From: the human T2T-CHM13v2.0 reference genome, Homo sapiens
Assembly: GCF_009914755.1 (NCBI RefSeq)
Contig: NC_060940.1
Strand: one strand, 5' to 3'
DNA: 64,000 bases
This document shows positions 23,220-40,815 of this stretch, in pieces. The translations under genes and the position numbers were made by a program. A model generated the notes under the pieces. That model searched no databases and was not told the DNA's origin. It worked only from the letters and a program-made list of their open reading frames with translations. Position 1 is the stretch's first letter, and every line of letters starts with the position of its first letter.

Positions 23220-25469
23220 GACTTCTTAATCTATTTATTTATTATTTCTTTTTTTTTTTTTTTTTTTTTTTATTGATCATTCTTGGGTGTTTCTCGCAGA
23301 GGGGGATTTGGCAGGGTCATAGGACAATAGTGGAGGGAAGGTCAGCAGATAAACAAGTGAACAAAGGTCTCTGGTTTTCCTAGGCAGAGGACCCTGCGGC
23401 CTTCCGCAGTGTTTGTGTCCCTGGGTACTTAAGATTAGGGAGTGGTGATGACTCTTAACGAGCATGCTGCCTTCAAGCATCTGTTTAACAAAGCACATCT
23501 TGCACCGCCCTTAATCCATTGAACCCTGAGTGGACACAGCACATGTTTCAGAGAGCACAGGGTTGGGGATAAGGTCACAGATCAACAGGATCCCAAGGCA
23601 GAAGAATTTTTCTTAGTACAGAACAAAATGAAAAGTCTCCCATGTCTACTTCTATCCACACAGACCCGGCAACCATCCGATTTCTCAATTTTTTCCCCAC
23701 CCTTCCCGCCTTTCTATTCCACAAAACCGCCATTGTCATCATGGCCCATCCCCAATGAGCCGCTGGGCACACCTCCCAGACGGGGTCGTGGCCGGGCAGA
23801 GGGGCTCCTCACTTCCCAGTAGGGGCGGCCGGGCAGAGGCGCCCCTCACCTCCCGGATGGGGCGGCTGGCTGGGCGGGGGGCTGATCCCCCCACCACCCT
23901 CCCGGACGGGGCGGCTGGCCAGGCAGAGGGGCTCCTCACTTCCCAGTAGGGGCGGCCGGGCAGAGGCGCCCCTCACCTCCTGGATAGGGCGGCTGGCCGG
24001 GCGGGGGGCTGACCCCCCCACCTCCCTCCCGGACGGGGCGGCTGGCCGGGCAGAGGGGTCCTCACTTCCCAGTAGGGGCGGCCGGGCAGAGGCGCCCCTC
24101 ACCTCCCGGACGGGGCGGCTGGCCAGGCGGGGGGCTGATCCCCCCACCTCCCTCCCGGACGGGGCGGCTGGCCGGGCGGGGGGCTGACCCCTCCCACCTC
24201 CCTCCCGGACGGGGCGGCTGGCCGGGCTGGGGGCTGACCCCCCCACCTCCCTCCCGGACGGGGCGGCTGGCCGGGCGGGGGGCTGACCCCCCCACCTCCC
24301 TCCCGGACGGGGCGGCTGGCCTGGCGGGGGGCTGACCCCCCCACCTCCCTCCCGGACGGGGCGGCTGGCCGGGCGGGGGGCTGATCCCCCCACCTCCCTC
24401 CCGGACTGGGCGGCTGGCCGGGCGGGGGGCTGACCCCCCCCACCTCCCTCCCGGACGGGGCGGCTGGCCGGGCAGAGGGGTCCTCACTTCCCAGTAGGGG
24501 CGGCCGGGCAGAGGCGCCCCTCACCTCCCGGACGGGGCGGCTGGCCGGGCGGGGTGCTGACCCCCCCCCCCACCTCCCTCCCGGACGGGGTGGCTGCCGG
24601 GCGGAGACGCTCCTCACTTCCCAGACGGGGTGGCTGCCGGACGGAGGGGCTCCTCACTTCTCAGACGGGGCGGTTGCCAGGCAGAGGGTTTCCTCACTTC
24701 TCAGACGGGGCGGCCGGGCAGAGACGCTCCTCACCTCCCAGACAGGGTTGCGGCCCAGCAGAGGCGCTCCTCACATCCCAGACAGGGTGGCGGGGCAGAG
24801 GTGCTCCCCACATCTCAGACGATGGGCGGCCGGGCAGAGACGCTCCTCGCTTCCTAGATGGGATGGCGGCCGGGCAGAGACGCTCCTCACTTTCCAGACT
24901 GGGCAGCCAGGCAGAGAGGCTCCTCATATCCCAGACGATGGGGGGCCAGGCAGAGACGCTCCTCACTTCCCAGACAGGGTGGCCGCTGGGCAGAGGCTGC
25001 AATCTCGGCACTTTGGGGGGCCAAGGCAGGCGGCTGGGAGGTGGAGGTTGTAGCGAGCCGAGATCACGCCACTGCACTCCAGCCTGGGCACCATTGAGCA
25101 CTGAGTGAACGAGACTCCGTCTGCAATCCCGGCACCTCGGGAGGGCGAGGCTGGCGGATCACTCGCGGTTAGGAGCTGGAAACCAGCCCGGCCAACACAG
25201 CAAAACCCCGTCTCCACCAAAAAAAAAAACGAAAACCAGTCAGGCGTGGCGGCGTGCGCAGGCACTCGGCAGGCTGAGGCAGGAGAATCAGGCAGGGAGG
25301 TTGCAGCGAGCCGAGATGGCAGCAGTACCGTCCAGCTTCGGCTCGGCATCAGAAGGAGACCGTGGAGGGAGAGGGAGAGGGAGGGGGAGGGGGAGGGGGA
25401 GGGGGAGAGGGAGAGGGAGAGGGAGAGGGAGAGGGAGAGGGAGAGGGAGAGGGAGAGGAGAGCGAGAGC
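23220..25469 (-). mobile_element. Full-length young SVA (probably SVA_E-like) with short 3' transduction
   Basis: On the minus strand: (CCCTCT)n ~25365-25458, Alu-like ~24995-25360, GC-rich VNTR ~23770-24990, SINE-R ~23272-23770, poly-A 23249-23271; TSD TATTTTTTTTTTTT at 23206-23219 and 25470-25483. Subfamily is from recalled diagnostics only. Confidence 0.95.
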
Positions 25470-25471
25470 TA

Positions 25472-26035
<564 letters not shown>

Positions 26036-26804
26036 CAGGATGGCCTTCTGTAAGAGCTGCAATGTTTTACGTCATCATAAGCCATGTATGAGTATATCGG
26101 CTTCACCTCACCCTGGGGAGAAATTTTATATTAGCATTTAAACATATTTTAAAATTTAATATATGAAAAGGTTATCTCTTGTTTCATTGAAATTTCTTCT
26201 GTTATTCTTCTAGATGATTTTGGATGTTCTGTTGGTTTAGGGTAATTCTCATGTGTTTCAGAAATATGTATTCTGTCTTTTCAAGTAAATCATAAATTTA
26301 CATAGAGATTTGTTTAAAGTTCCTGCATGGTGCCTAATATTGTGTTGGGCATATGGTGAACACTGAATACATTTTCTTGCCGTAGTGGGAAGAGGTCGTG
26401 TGTTCCAAATCTGTTTCATTTTGCTCCTGGGCACTCTGCTAGATTATACATCCCAGTCCCCTTGTGTTCAGTCTGGGGCCATGGGATTACATTTTGGCTA
26501 GAGGAATATGAGTGAGAAGCAATAAATGCCTATCTTTATACTTGACCATAAAAAAATCTCTCCTGCAGGATCCTGTGCACTTTATTCTTCCCTACCAGCC
26601 TCAGAAGCCACGTGCTGAAGACAGTGAAGTTCTGTCTGGGAAGAAGCATCGATCCCTAAATGACTGCATGGAGCAGAGCAGAGGTACCCTGCCCCTCCCC
26701 CATGCATACCACCCATGACATCAGCAATCAACAGATCTCGATTAAGTTAGGCCTCTGAAATTTTGGGGTCATTTTTTACAGCATCTTGTTTTTGTTATTC
26801 ACCC

Positions 26805-27180
26805 TATTTATTAGTCTGTTTCCACACTGCTAATAAAGACATACCGGAAACTGGGTACTTTATAAAGAAAAAGAGGCTTAGTGGCATTTTCAGGATGCCG
26901 CTTGGTTCCACATGCCTAGGGAGGCCTCACCGTCATGGCAGAAGATGAAGGAAGAGCAAAGGGACTTCTTACATGGTGGTGGGTAAGAGAGAAATTGTGC
27001 AAAGGACCTCCTCTTTATAAATCTGCCAGACCTTGTGAGATTTATTCACTATCATGAGAACAGCATGGGAAAGACCCGCCCCATGATCCAGTTACCTCTT
27101 GCTGAGTCCTTCCCATGACACTTGGGAGTTGTGAGAGCTACAAATTGAGATTCTGGCAGGGACACAGCCAACCCATATCA
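26805..27180 (-). mobile_element. THE1 (MaLR) solo LTR
   Basis: TATTAGTCTGTTT..CACTGCTAATAAAGACATACC...CAGCCAACCCATATCA. Confidence 0.85.
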
Positions 27181-27641
27181 CCCTAATACGCATACAAACC
27201 CATAGCAGTTGGCGAGCTCTAAGTCTCTACTTCCACTTTCAAATTACACTTTCAAGCCTAAATTTACAAGTATACCCAGTTTGATGTTCCCTTAATATAT
27301 CATTGAAAGTTCTTTGGACGTAGACAGTAGAAAACTACTTGCATATTTGAAGAAAAAGGGACTTTATTGGAAGGCTGTTGGGGAACTGGCAGAAATAAGG
27401 TCCTCCTGAAGAACAAGGCTTGCAGCAGACAGGAGTCAGGCAGTTTCAGAGGACCTTGACAAGTGCAGTGTAGAGGTTAGGTGCAGGAGTCAGCCTGGGT
27501 TCATGTCTTTCACTCTACTACATGGGGCAGGCTATTTAACAGCTTTCTGCCTCAGTTTTCTGATCTGTAAAATGGTGATGATATTACTCATCTCAGTATT
27601 ACTGTGAAGTTTAAATGAGTTGGTATATAAAAAGTACTTGG

Positions 27642-27983
<342 letters not shown>

Positions 27984-28700
27984 TCAGCCATTAGCTCACC
28001 TACCACTTTAGAAGGACAGACCTTCAGTCACTTCACCCTTGAATCCCTTTGCTCAAGACCAAAGTTCTGAGAGGGAGTCTACTTGGCTGAGTTGTGACCA
28101 TTTGGGCAATGCAGGAAAGGATGCAGTGGGAGGCGTCTCCAGGGACATCTTTGGCTTCCATCATGGGGTAGCAGATGCCTGGATTATCCGCCCTAACAAA
28201 TCTGGACAAAGGAAAACGAGGTTCTCTGAGGAGGGAGACATAGAGCCCAAGGAGCTAACAAAAAGACAAATAGTCATTCGGTCTTGTCATTTTCTTTTAC
28301 ACATGTGTGTACATTATCTTATACTTACCACTTTGTTTTCTTTCTCACCTCTAATTGCAACCTGCTGCCAAAAGTTAAAATAAAATGAAAGTATTGAGAT
28401 AGCTCAGTAACTGACTTTTGGTCAATTGACTTTTCATATAGTGAACAGCTGCCCAAACAATTGCCTCTGTCAGTGTGCAAATTTGCAGCTGTTTGCATGA
28501 TCACTCCCAGTCCCCCAACACAGGGCTGTGTTGCAGCACAATTTAGTTCAGTGTTTTGCTCTTTGCAACAGGGAGATTCTCATCCATTACAGGTTGCAGT
28601 AAAAACAGGGGTACCATAAGCAACCACCGCTTTCCTCAATGATGTGATGAAAGCAAAAGCCAAGTAGCTTGATGTATCCAACTTAAAAATATAAAAAGTT

Positions 28701-29076
28701 ACACCCGTGGGCTGCAGTTGGAGCTATGGCGGCGGCAGCTGCTGCTGGACATAGCCCGGGGTCTGGACCTGGGGACTCCCCAGAAGGGCCCGAGGGGGAG
28801 GCTCCGGAGCGTCGGCGGAAGGCACACGGGATGCTTTACTATGGCTTCTCGGAAGGGGAGGCGGCGGGACGCCCCGCGGGGCCCGAACCCCTGGACCCGA
28901 CTGATCTGAACGGGGTGCACTTCGACCCGGAAGTTTACCTAGGCAAGCTGCGTCGAGAGTGCCCTCTGGCCCAGCTGAGGACAGTGAGACAGACATGGTG
29001 CGGCAGATCCGGGCTCTAGACAGCGATATGCAGACCCTGGTCTATGAGAACTACAACAAGTTCATCTCAGCCACAG
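28701..29076 (+). pseudogene. VPS51P: Processed, 3'-truncated VPS51 (ANG2/FFR, GARP/EARP subunit) pseudogene
   Basis: ATG 28726: [40 protein letters not shown]...[26 protein letters not shown], then in a shifted frame [32 protein letters not shown] = VPS51 N-terminus; intronless; ~6-nt deletion near 28835; frameshift near 28978. Confidence 0.93.
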
Positions 29077-29169
29077 AAATGGACAAACAGCATAAAATTG
29101 TATGAGGAATTGCAGGAGACCCAGAATTTCCCAAATAACCTTGTAAAAGAAGAACAAAGTTGGAAGACT

Positions 29170-29298
29170 CACACACACACACAATATATATATACATATA
29201 TATATATATGTATATATATATACACATATATATACGTATATATATATACGTATATATACGTATATATATATACGTATATATATGTGTATATATATATA
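29170..29298. repeat. (CA)n/(TA)n interrupted microsatellite
   Basis: Near-continuous alternating purine-pyrimidine tract with TATATATACG units. Confidence 0.95.
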
Positions 29299-29299
29299 A

Positions 29300-29610
29300 A
29301 GTTTTGTTTTCGTTCAGTTGTAAATATTTAGTAATTTCTATTGTGATTTTTCCTTTAACTCTTGAAAGGATATTTTTAATTTTCCAAATTAAAGATAGCT
29401 TGTGTTTAGCTATCTTCTTTCTGTTGACTTCTAATTTTGTTGCATTATGGTCAGGAAAATGTGGTCTGGACATTGTCAATCGTATAGTGGATTTTGTTGA
29501 GACTTCTTTATGGCCTAATATGTGGCTGTGGCCAGTTGTTGTTGTTGTTGTTGTTGTTTTTTGCAAATGTGCCACATGTGGTTAAAAGGAATGTGGATTA
29601 TTTGTTTTTT
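29300..29610 (-). mobile_element. Old L1M ORF2 (endonuclease-region) fragment
   Basis: Minus-strand translation contains DHNATKLEVN, similar to L1 EN SDHN.IKLEIN. Confidence 0.7.
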
Positions 29611-31719
29611 TAAGAAGAGTTTTTATTTTTAAATAGATAAGATTCTCAGTGTAACTGGAATCTAGCTTCAATTAGCAATATGCTAGATCTCTCAAACCTT
29701 AGGATGTTAGTCAGTGTAACACTAGACAATGCTGCTGAGACGAATAAACCCTGAACTCTCAGTGGGTTGACACCCATAGCATAGTCTGGTGCAGGGCAGG
29801 TGTTCTCCTTGGGGGCCCTTGTCCAACAGTGATTCACAGATCCTGGAGGTTTCCATCATTTAATTCTGCCATCTCAGAGTTTTTCACTTGTAGCCATGTG
29901 GATGGGAAGAGAGGAAACATAGCTCACACTTGCCTTTGATAACCTTGGCCCTGAAGTGATTTCTTACATTCCTATTGGTGGAAATGCAGTCACATGGTTC
30001 TAAACTAACTGCAAGGGATGCTGGGAAATGTAGTCTTTCTGCATGTCCAAGAAGAGGAATGGTGTGAACACAGCATTGTCTTTGACACACTGAGCATGTG
30101 CTAAAGAGTTCTTACTCTTATAGGAGGTTTGTCTGTCCTGTGTAACTTTCTCAGTTTTTGCTTAGATAGTTTCAGGCAATGTTGTTTGTTGCATTCAGCT
30201 TGATGATGATTATGTCCTCTTGGCAAAGTAGTCAAGATTCCCATCAGTTTGAATGAAAGTGTTTTACAGATAGGTCAGGAAATGTTAATACTTTAAAAGG
30301 CCCTTCTATTCCTCCACTTTACAGATAAGAACAACAGAGTCCTAGAGAGAGGAGGTCATGGGTCTCACTCATGAGTGGCAGAATTGAAAGCAACATGGCA
30401 GTAACTTTGCCTTTCCTCCATCGTGTTGTTGTCCCTCAGTTTTCACTCTGCTGATTTCTTCACTTGCTCCATACATACCTCCCAGTACCAAGTATATAAG
30501 GAGTGATTAATCTGAGCTTCTCCAGAAAGTCCATTCCTGGTAGGCACTGGGAATAAGAAATCTCAGAGTATAAAATAACATCAAGTGGTAGCACTTTTGT
30601 GAATGGCTCCCAAATTAGTTCCTTTACCTTTTTTTTTTTTCTTGAAGTGCAGTTGCACAAAACACGCTTAGCCTGAGATGAAGCACATATTAGAGAAAGG
30701 TTCTCTCTATAGCATTATCTATTACTCTAATGAGCATGAAAAAGAAGAGAGGGGACATGCTCTCTCTAGCTATTATTACCTCCACTATAGAGTTGACATA
30801 CACAAGCTCATTATTGCATTATGTTTTATTCAACAAAATAACTTTAATGTTGTAGCTTAAATTGAATTCGCTAAAACATCTTTATCTCCAGCATAATGTG
30901 CCTCAAGTGTCTTCTTGGTGCCTGAATTTTCTCCAGAATTATAGTGCTGAAGCTATGAAATGGTGAAATTATATGCAATCTGCAAAACAATGTGGCTATA
31001 ACGTGGTAATTGGCCTTGCACATAATTAAAGGAACATTTCCTTATCAGAGCTGTTCCATCAGAGACCCAAAGGCTATCGTTGTACAAATCACCCACTTAG
31101 GAAAACCTTTATCCCCAGTAGCCTATAAAAATCTGGCTATGCAAACAGATTTGCTTATTCAGTAACATTAATGGCTTCTCATAGTTAAAAAGTCATCAAG
31201 GTGATTGACCTATAATCTGTTTCCTCTGTGACCAAGTGTCATTTTTATTTTGACAGTTAGGAGCCTTTTGACTCTTTCACAGCTGGCATGAAGGCACAGG
31301 AAAGGAAATCTCAAAAACCAACAACCTGTGTATTCCCAGCCTATTAATCAATAGAAAATCACTTCAACTGGATTAGGGTCTTGTACCTGGCAGAAAGGCT
31401 CTTATGGACATTGAAATTGGATTTTTACACTTGATATGACACCTCCTTGAGTCAGATCAGATTCGTGTTTGACAGACTCTTGCCGAAAAATTGCTCCAGG
31501 GTCTGTGCAGTAGCTAAAGCCTTTTTGTTGTTGTTGTTGTTGTTTTAAAAGCAGCATTAAATGTTTTCATGAAGACCTTCCCAGCAGTGATTTTATTGGG
31601 AATATGGTCTTTAGCTCTGGTCCTGAATAACTCACACTGAGGAAACCTCTAACAAGTGTTTTATTAGAAGATGTCTGATGGATGGTTGGTTTTAATAACA
31701 AATCTCTTCCCTTTTTCTG

Positions 31720-35530
<3,811 letters not shown>

Positions 35531-35797
35531 AATCCAGTGATTTTTCTAAACTTGCAATGGGGTTCCCAGGGGTGGTAATTTTAAAGTGGGGTTTGTAAGT
35601 TAGGACAGCCTGGTGAAGTCATACAATATGCTGTTTGCTGAGGCAAACTGTGTTCTCTGAAGATGGCCAAAATATCTCCCATCCTGTGGGCCCTTCTAGA
35701 AGCTTGTTTCACCCCCATCAAGAGGCGAAGTACAAATCTCCTCCTCTTGAATCTGAGCAGGATTGAGACTGTTTCCACAAATAGGATGTAGTGGCAG

Positions 35798-36267
35798 TGA
35801 GGGAAGAGAGAGACCCTCTCATATTGTTTTATATCGTTTTATACTCAGTACCTGTTTTAAGAAAAAACAAGGAAATAAAACCAAAGACAGGCAGCCCGGC
35901 GCCAGGCCTGAAACCAGGCCTGGGCCTGCCTGGCCTAAACCCAGTAGTTAAAAATCAACTCATAACTTAGAAACCGATGTTATTCACAGATTCTAGACAT
36001 TTTTTAGAAGAACACTGTGAAACTCCCTGCCCTGTTCTCTCTGACCACTGCTGCATGCAGCCCTTGTCACATACTGCCTGCTTACTCACATTAATCACGA
36101 CCCTTTCATGTGAAATCTTTAGTGTTGTGAGCCCTTAAAAGGGACAGAAATTGCACTTGGGGAGCTCGGATTTTAAGGCAGTAGCTTGCCAATGCTCCCA
36201 GCTGAATAAAGCCCTTCCTTCTACAACTTGGTGTCTGAGAAGTTTGTCTGTGGCTCGTCCTGCTACA
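35798..36267 (+). mobile_element. LTR14-type (HERV-K14/HML-1) solo LTR inside an MLT1 element
   Basis: TGAGGGAAGAGAGAGACCCTCTCATATTG...AATAAA...GGCTCGTCCTGCTACA; GCAG(TG) duplicated at the flanks. Confidence 0.7.
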
Positions 36268-36484
36268 GCAGTGGCTCTATGAGACTTCAAGGGCCAGGTT
36301 AGAAGACGCTGTGCAACTTTCTCATGGTTCTCTCATTCTTGGCACATAGCCACCATGCTGTGAGGAAGCCCAAGCAGCCCGAGGCAAGACCCCTGTGGAG
36401 AGGAACCAAGGCCCTCTGGTGCACAGCCCTGGCTAAGCTTTCAGCTGACACCGGCATCAACTCTTCAGCCGTATGAAAGATTCA

Positions 36485-36909
<425 letters not shown>

Positions 36910-39900
36910 TTATTAGCAGAACAAATGATGCGTTTTTTAAACCACTAAATTTTGGTTTATTATGCAACAGTAGATGATCAGAACCTCTACTTTGCAGAAA
37001 GCCCCTGCTCCACGGAGCAGCTAAGAGGGCTCTGGAGTCAGTATGCTCAGGTTCAAATCCCTTCCTCACCCTGCGTCTTCTAGGTGACTTATGGCAAAAT
37101 CCTTAAACTCCTTGTTTCTCAGATTCCCACCTGTAAAACAGGGATGATAATAATAGCGTCCACCTCATGGGTGCCATGAAGATATCCACTGGACGGGTGA
37201 TTGCATCCCATGAATTGTGAATTCCTTTACAAATATTTATGGAATGCCAATTACATGCCAGGCTATGCCAGGTACTGGGGAGTGACAAGTGAGCAAAACA
37301 GCCCTGTTCCCTCCCTTCTGGTGCTTACAGTCTAATGGGGGTATAAGGACCTTAAACAAATAGACAAGTCAACATATCATGACCAATTATGATAGCTGTT
37401 CAGCGGAAGTGACATTTAGGCTGAGACCTGGATGATGGGTGGGCTTTAGCCCAATGAAAAGACCAGGGAAAAATATATACAAAGGCCCTGAGATATGAAA
37501 CAGAGGACTTAGATCCCAAATCTGGGCTTCAGGCGATACCTTGCTATCTTGCATCTTTCCTCAAGCATCTGGAAGTGCTTCTTCCTGACACACATCTAAA
37601 TGGTTTCTGGTTTCTTTTTATAGAATTGCACCAGTGCCCACTGTTCGAAGTATCCTTGGGGCTGCTGGCTCTGAAAACAAAACACAAAGAACAAAAGGAA
37701 GTGTATATCAGTCAGGATTCTTGGCTGCAAGCCACAGCAGCTAATCCTATTTATGAAGGGAGGAGGGAGTTTCCTAGAAGGCTTTTGGGGGCTCACAGAT
37801 GATCAGCTGCAAGATCAGGTTTGAGGAATGGGCAGGAGGAATGTGGGAGGGTTGGAGCCATCTGGTGGGAGCTATCCAGGCAGGGATAGAGCTGACTCCA
37901 TCTTTGCAACTCTCTTTTGAGACTCAAAACCCTGGTAGCAAACATCTGACTGGCTGAGCCCAGGTCTTTTGTTCCCTCCCGTGGTACCAGGGAAGATCTT
38001 GTCCCTTTGGTTTCATGAGTATCTGGGGAGTGGAGCTGGTGGTGGAGAATGGGCTCGGGATTTGCACCCTGCCAAAGACTTCTCCAAGACAGATCAGGTT
38101 GCTAATGGGGATGTCAGCCACAGACCAACACATGCCACCCTGGCTTCCTCATGTTCCCCAGCCACCCTGATTTCCTTGAGAGAAGCAGTGACTCCAGAGT
38201 TCATTTTTGCTTGTTCTCTGTCTTCTTTTGCCAGTGGGAGGCTCCATCAGGGTCTGAGATCTCTGGCTGTCCTGGACACAAGTGCCAGCCCCATTCCCAG
38301 GCAGCGACACTATGCGAAGATGTTCTCACATGACATCAACACTTTGGACTCCATCCTAATTCACTTGTGGCTTTTATAGCCTTGGCTTCCTGACATGAGT
38401 GTACAGCATTTGTGGGACCTGCTGCAGCCTCAGGGCTGGCCCTCCTCATTTCTTCTCTGCTCTGTATTTACATTTTGTTGGAATCAAGCCAAAGTATGCT
38501 CCCCTTGGTGCCCATTACTCAGACCTTGGCTCCGAACTCAACATGGGCAACTCTGACCCTTTGTCAGTATGTGGGTGGGTTTGGCCATGACGCATTTTTG
38601 GCCTCCTTGGGATGGGTTGAAGGGGAAAAGCAGGGAGACTAAGCAGAGTGGGGTTGGAGAAACTGAGTCATCAGCTTCAATGAGCTGGCAGTTAATCCTG
38701 GCATTCTGAATTACTGTGCAAGAGCACATGGAGGATGAGAGCAAGCTTGGGGCTGGGGATCATCTCCAAGGTGGTCCAATCTCGTGGGTGGGACCAGCAG
38801 CCACAATTTCAGACAGTGCTCATCTCTGATCTTTGGTAGTCTGAGAATTGGGGAAATGTTTCCATCAGGACCTGAAGATGTGGGTGTGGATGACAGAGTC
38901 CACTCTCTTGGGGGAAGTCAAGAGAGTCTGGGCAGAGGAACATCCTGGCTTTGGAGTCAGAAAGAACTCATCTGGATTCTGGCTGGGCCGCTGACTTGAT
39001 AAAAGTGACTTAATTTCTCTGAATCTTAGTTGTATCTGTAATATGGAGATAAAAATAGAATCCATGCTTCACAGGGTTATTGCAAGAATTAGATACTGTG
39101 ATGCTTGCTGAGCTCTCAGCACAGTTCCTGGCACCCAGAAAGAACTCCAAGCATGAAAGCTATGTTAATAGAGACTGGGGAGGCTGTGGCTTGGTGGCCA
39201 TGCAGGTGGGTCCCCGGGCTTATCCCAGGACGACTACAAATCATTCTATAGCAGTGAGGTGGGGTCTGGGAACCACACCTGGTACACCTGGGATTGCTTG
39301 TCCCCAAAGGTTTGATATCTTCAATGCCTATCCTGAGGCTGCACGTTCCTTCAACAATGGCTGCAATGACATCTCATCTTCACAGGCAGCACCCTCAGGC
39401 TCTCCCCATTCTTCTTCGAAATTTCCCTTCTCTGGGATCCTCAGATTATTTCCTTCTGCCTAGAGTCTTTGGACAACAGCCAGCTTGTTTTCCTGCCTCC
39501 CAGGAGGCTGCTTCTCTTTAGGTAGCCCATTGGCAATGGCACCCACCATTAGTGCCAAGCCCATGTTTCCAGACACCTAACCCCAGGCAGAACAAGAGGG
39601 GTGATCAAGTGCTCCCGATGGCCTGGTTTCCTGGGCTGGGGTTGGCTTAGAGGTAAGAGGAGTGGGGACAGAGGCTTCCGCAGTGCCTGCAACTGGGGAG
39701 GATGGGTGGCCGCAGGGCCCAACAGCTTTTCTTCTTGGCTGGTGAGATTCTTGGTTGTTTAGATTGCAGCATGTTCTTTGGAAAGTCTGGTTCTTATAGA
39801 GGAAAACTCTAGGAGAGAAGGGTGGTCTGTCAGCTAGGTAGGGTGTAGAGAATCAGTTAAATCAGTTAAAACATTTGAACGTTGACTTCAGTAAAGACCA

Positions 39901-40815
39901 GAGTGATGAGTGTCTTGTCTTCAACTCTTCTTCCAGGGTTCTGTGTTTAACTCATCGCATCAGAAAAGGGGAATGTGTGGGTTGACATAACTAGACTATG
40001 GGGTGGCTTTCTTGTGTCCATTTTCTCTCTCCCTCTCATCTCTATAACCTGGCTTCTTTCCTCCTACTGTAGATGGAATTTTTGTACACGGTGAGAATCT
40101 TGGCAGAAATCTCCTGGCCATTTATCCCTATGGCTTTGTTGCCAGAAAGAAAATGGACTTCCCTGTCCTAGCTCTTGTTTGAAAACTCCCAGGAAAGAGT
40201 TGTAATTGGCTCTCTTGGGTTACTTCTCTACCCTTAGACTGGGGGTTTGAGACACTACGATGGACTCAACTTGAGTCCTTCTACAGCTAAGAGTGGGGTT
40301 GGGTGCATCTGTTACCTGAAGAAGTGAGGGAGTTGGGGGCACAGACACGGCCACCAGAAGAAATCACTGTGAATTGAATCCACAAAATGGTTAATTCTGA
40401 CAAAGCTATTTCCAATGCGCTATTTTCTTAGCCATTTTAAGTCCTCTTTGGAATAAGCCACGGTACAAAAACATTTATCAATAAAATATATGCTTTTGTT
40501 ATAGCAGAAATGAGTGTGAAGTTGAAATAAAGAAACCCACCAAGAGTTACCAGCAACCCAGGAGATGACAAATAAATCAGTTTTGCCTGATTGTTCTTGA
40601 TTGTTTGTAGTTCTGAAGGCATGAGTGAAGATGAGATCAGGGTGAGGGTGAGTTCACAGGCTCTCAGCCTACATAAAATTTGAAAATGGAAGCGCAGTAC
40701 TTCAAATCACCATGGGAGCCTCTCCACAAACCTTAAATATTCAGAGGATACAGGCAGCATGGTCAATGAGGAAGTGATTCCAAGACCTGGGAAGATCTAT
40801 GTACCAAATGAGGAG

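Noticed and set aside
28380-28700. TGATGA-containing unique stretch (possible C/D snoRNA or coding relic)
   Set aside because: No suitably placed D box or terminal stem and no recognisable reading frame; probably an old unclassified repeat
29044-29585. ORFs with YIYTYIY repeats
   Set aside because: Translation of the TA microsatellite plus a decayed L1 fragment
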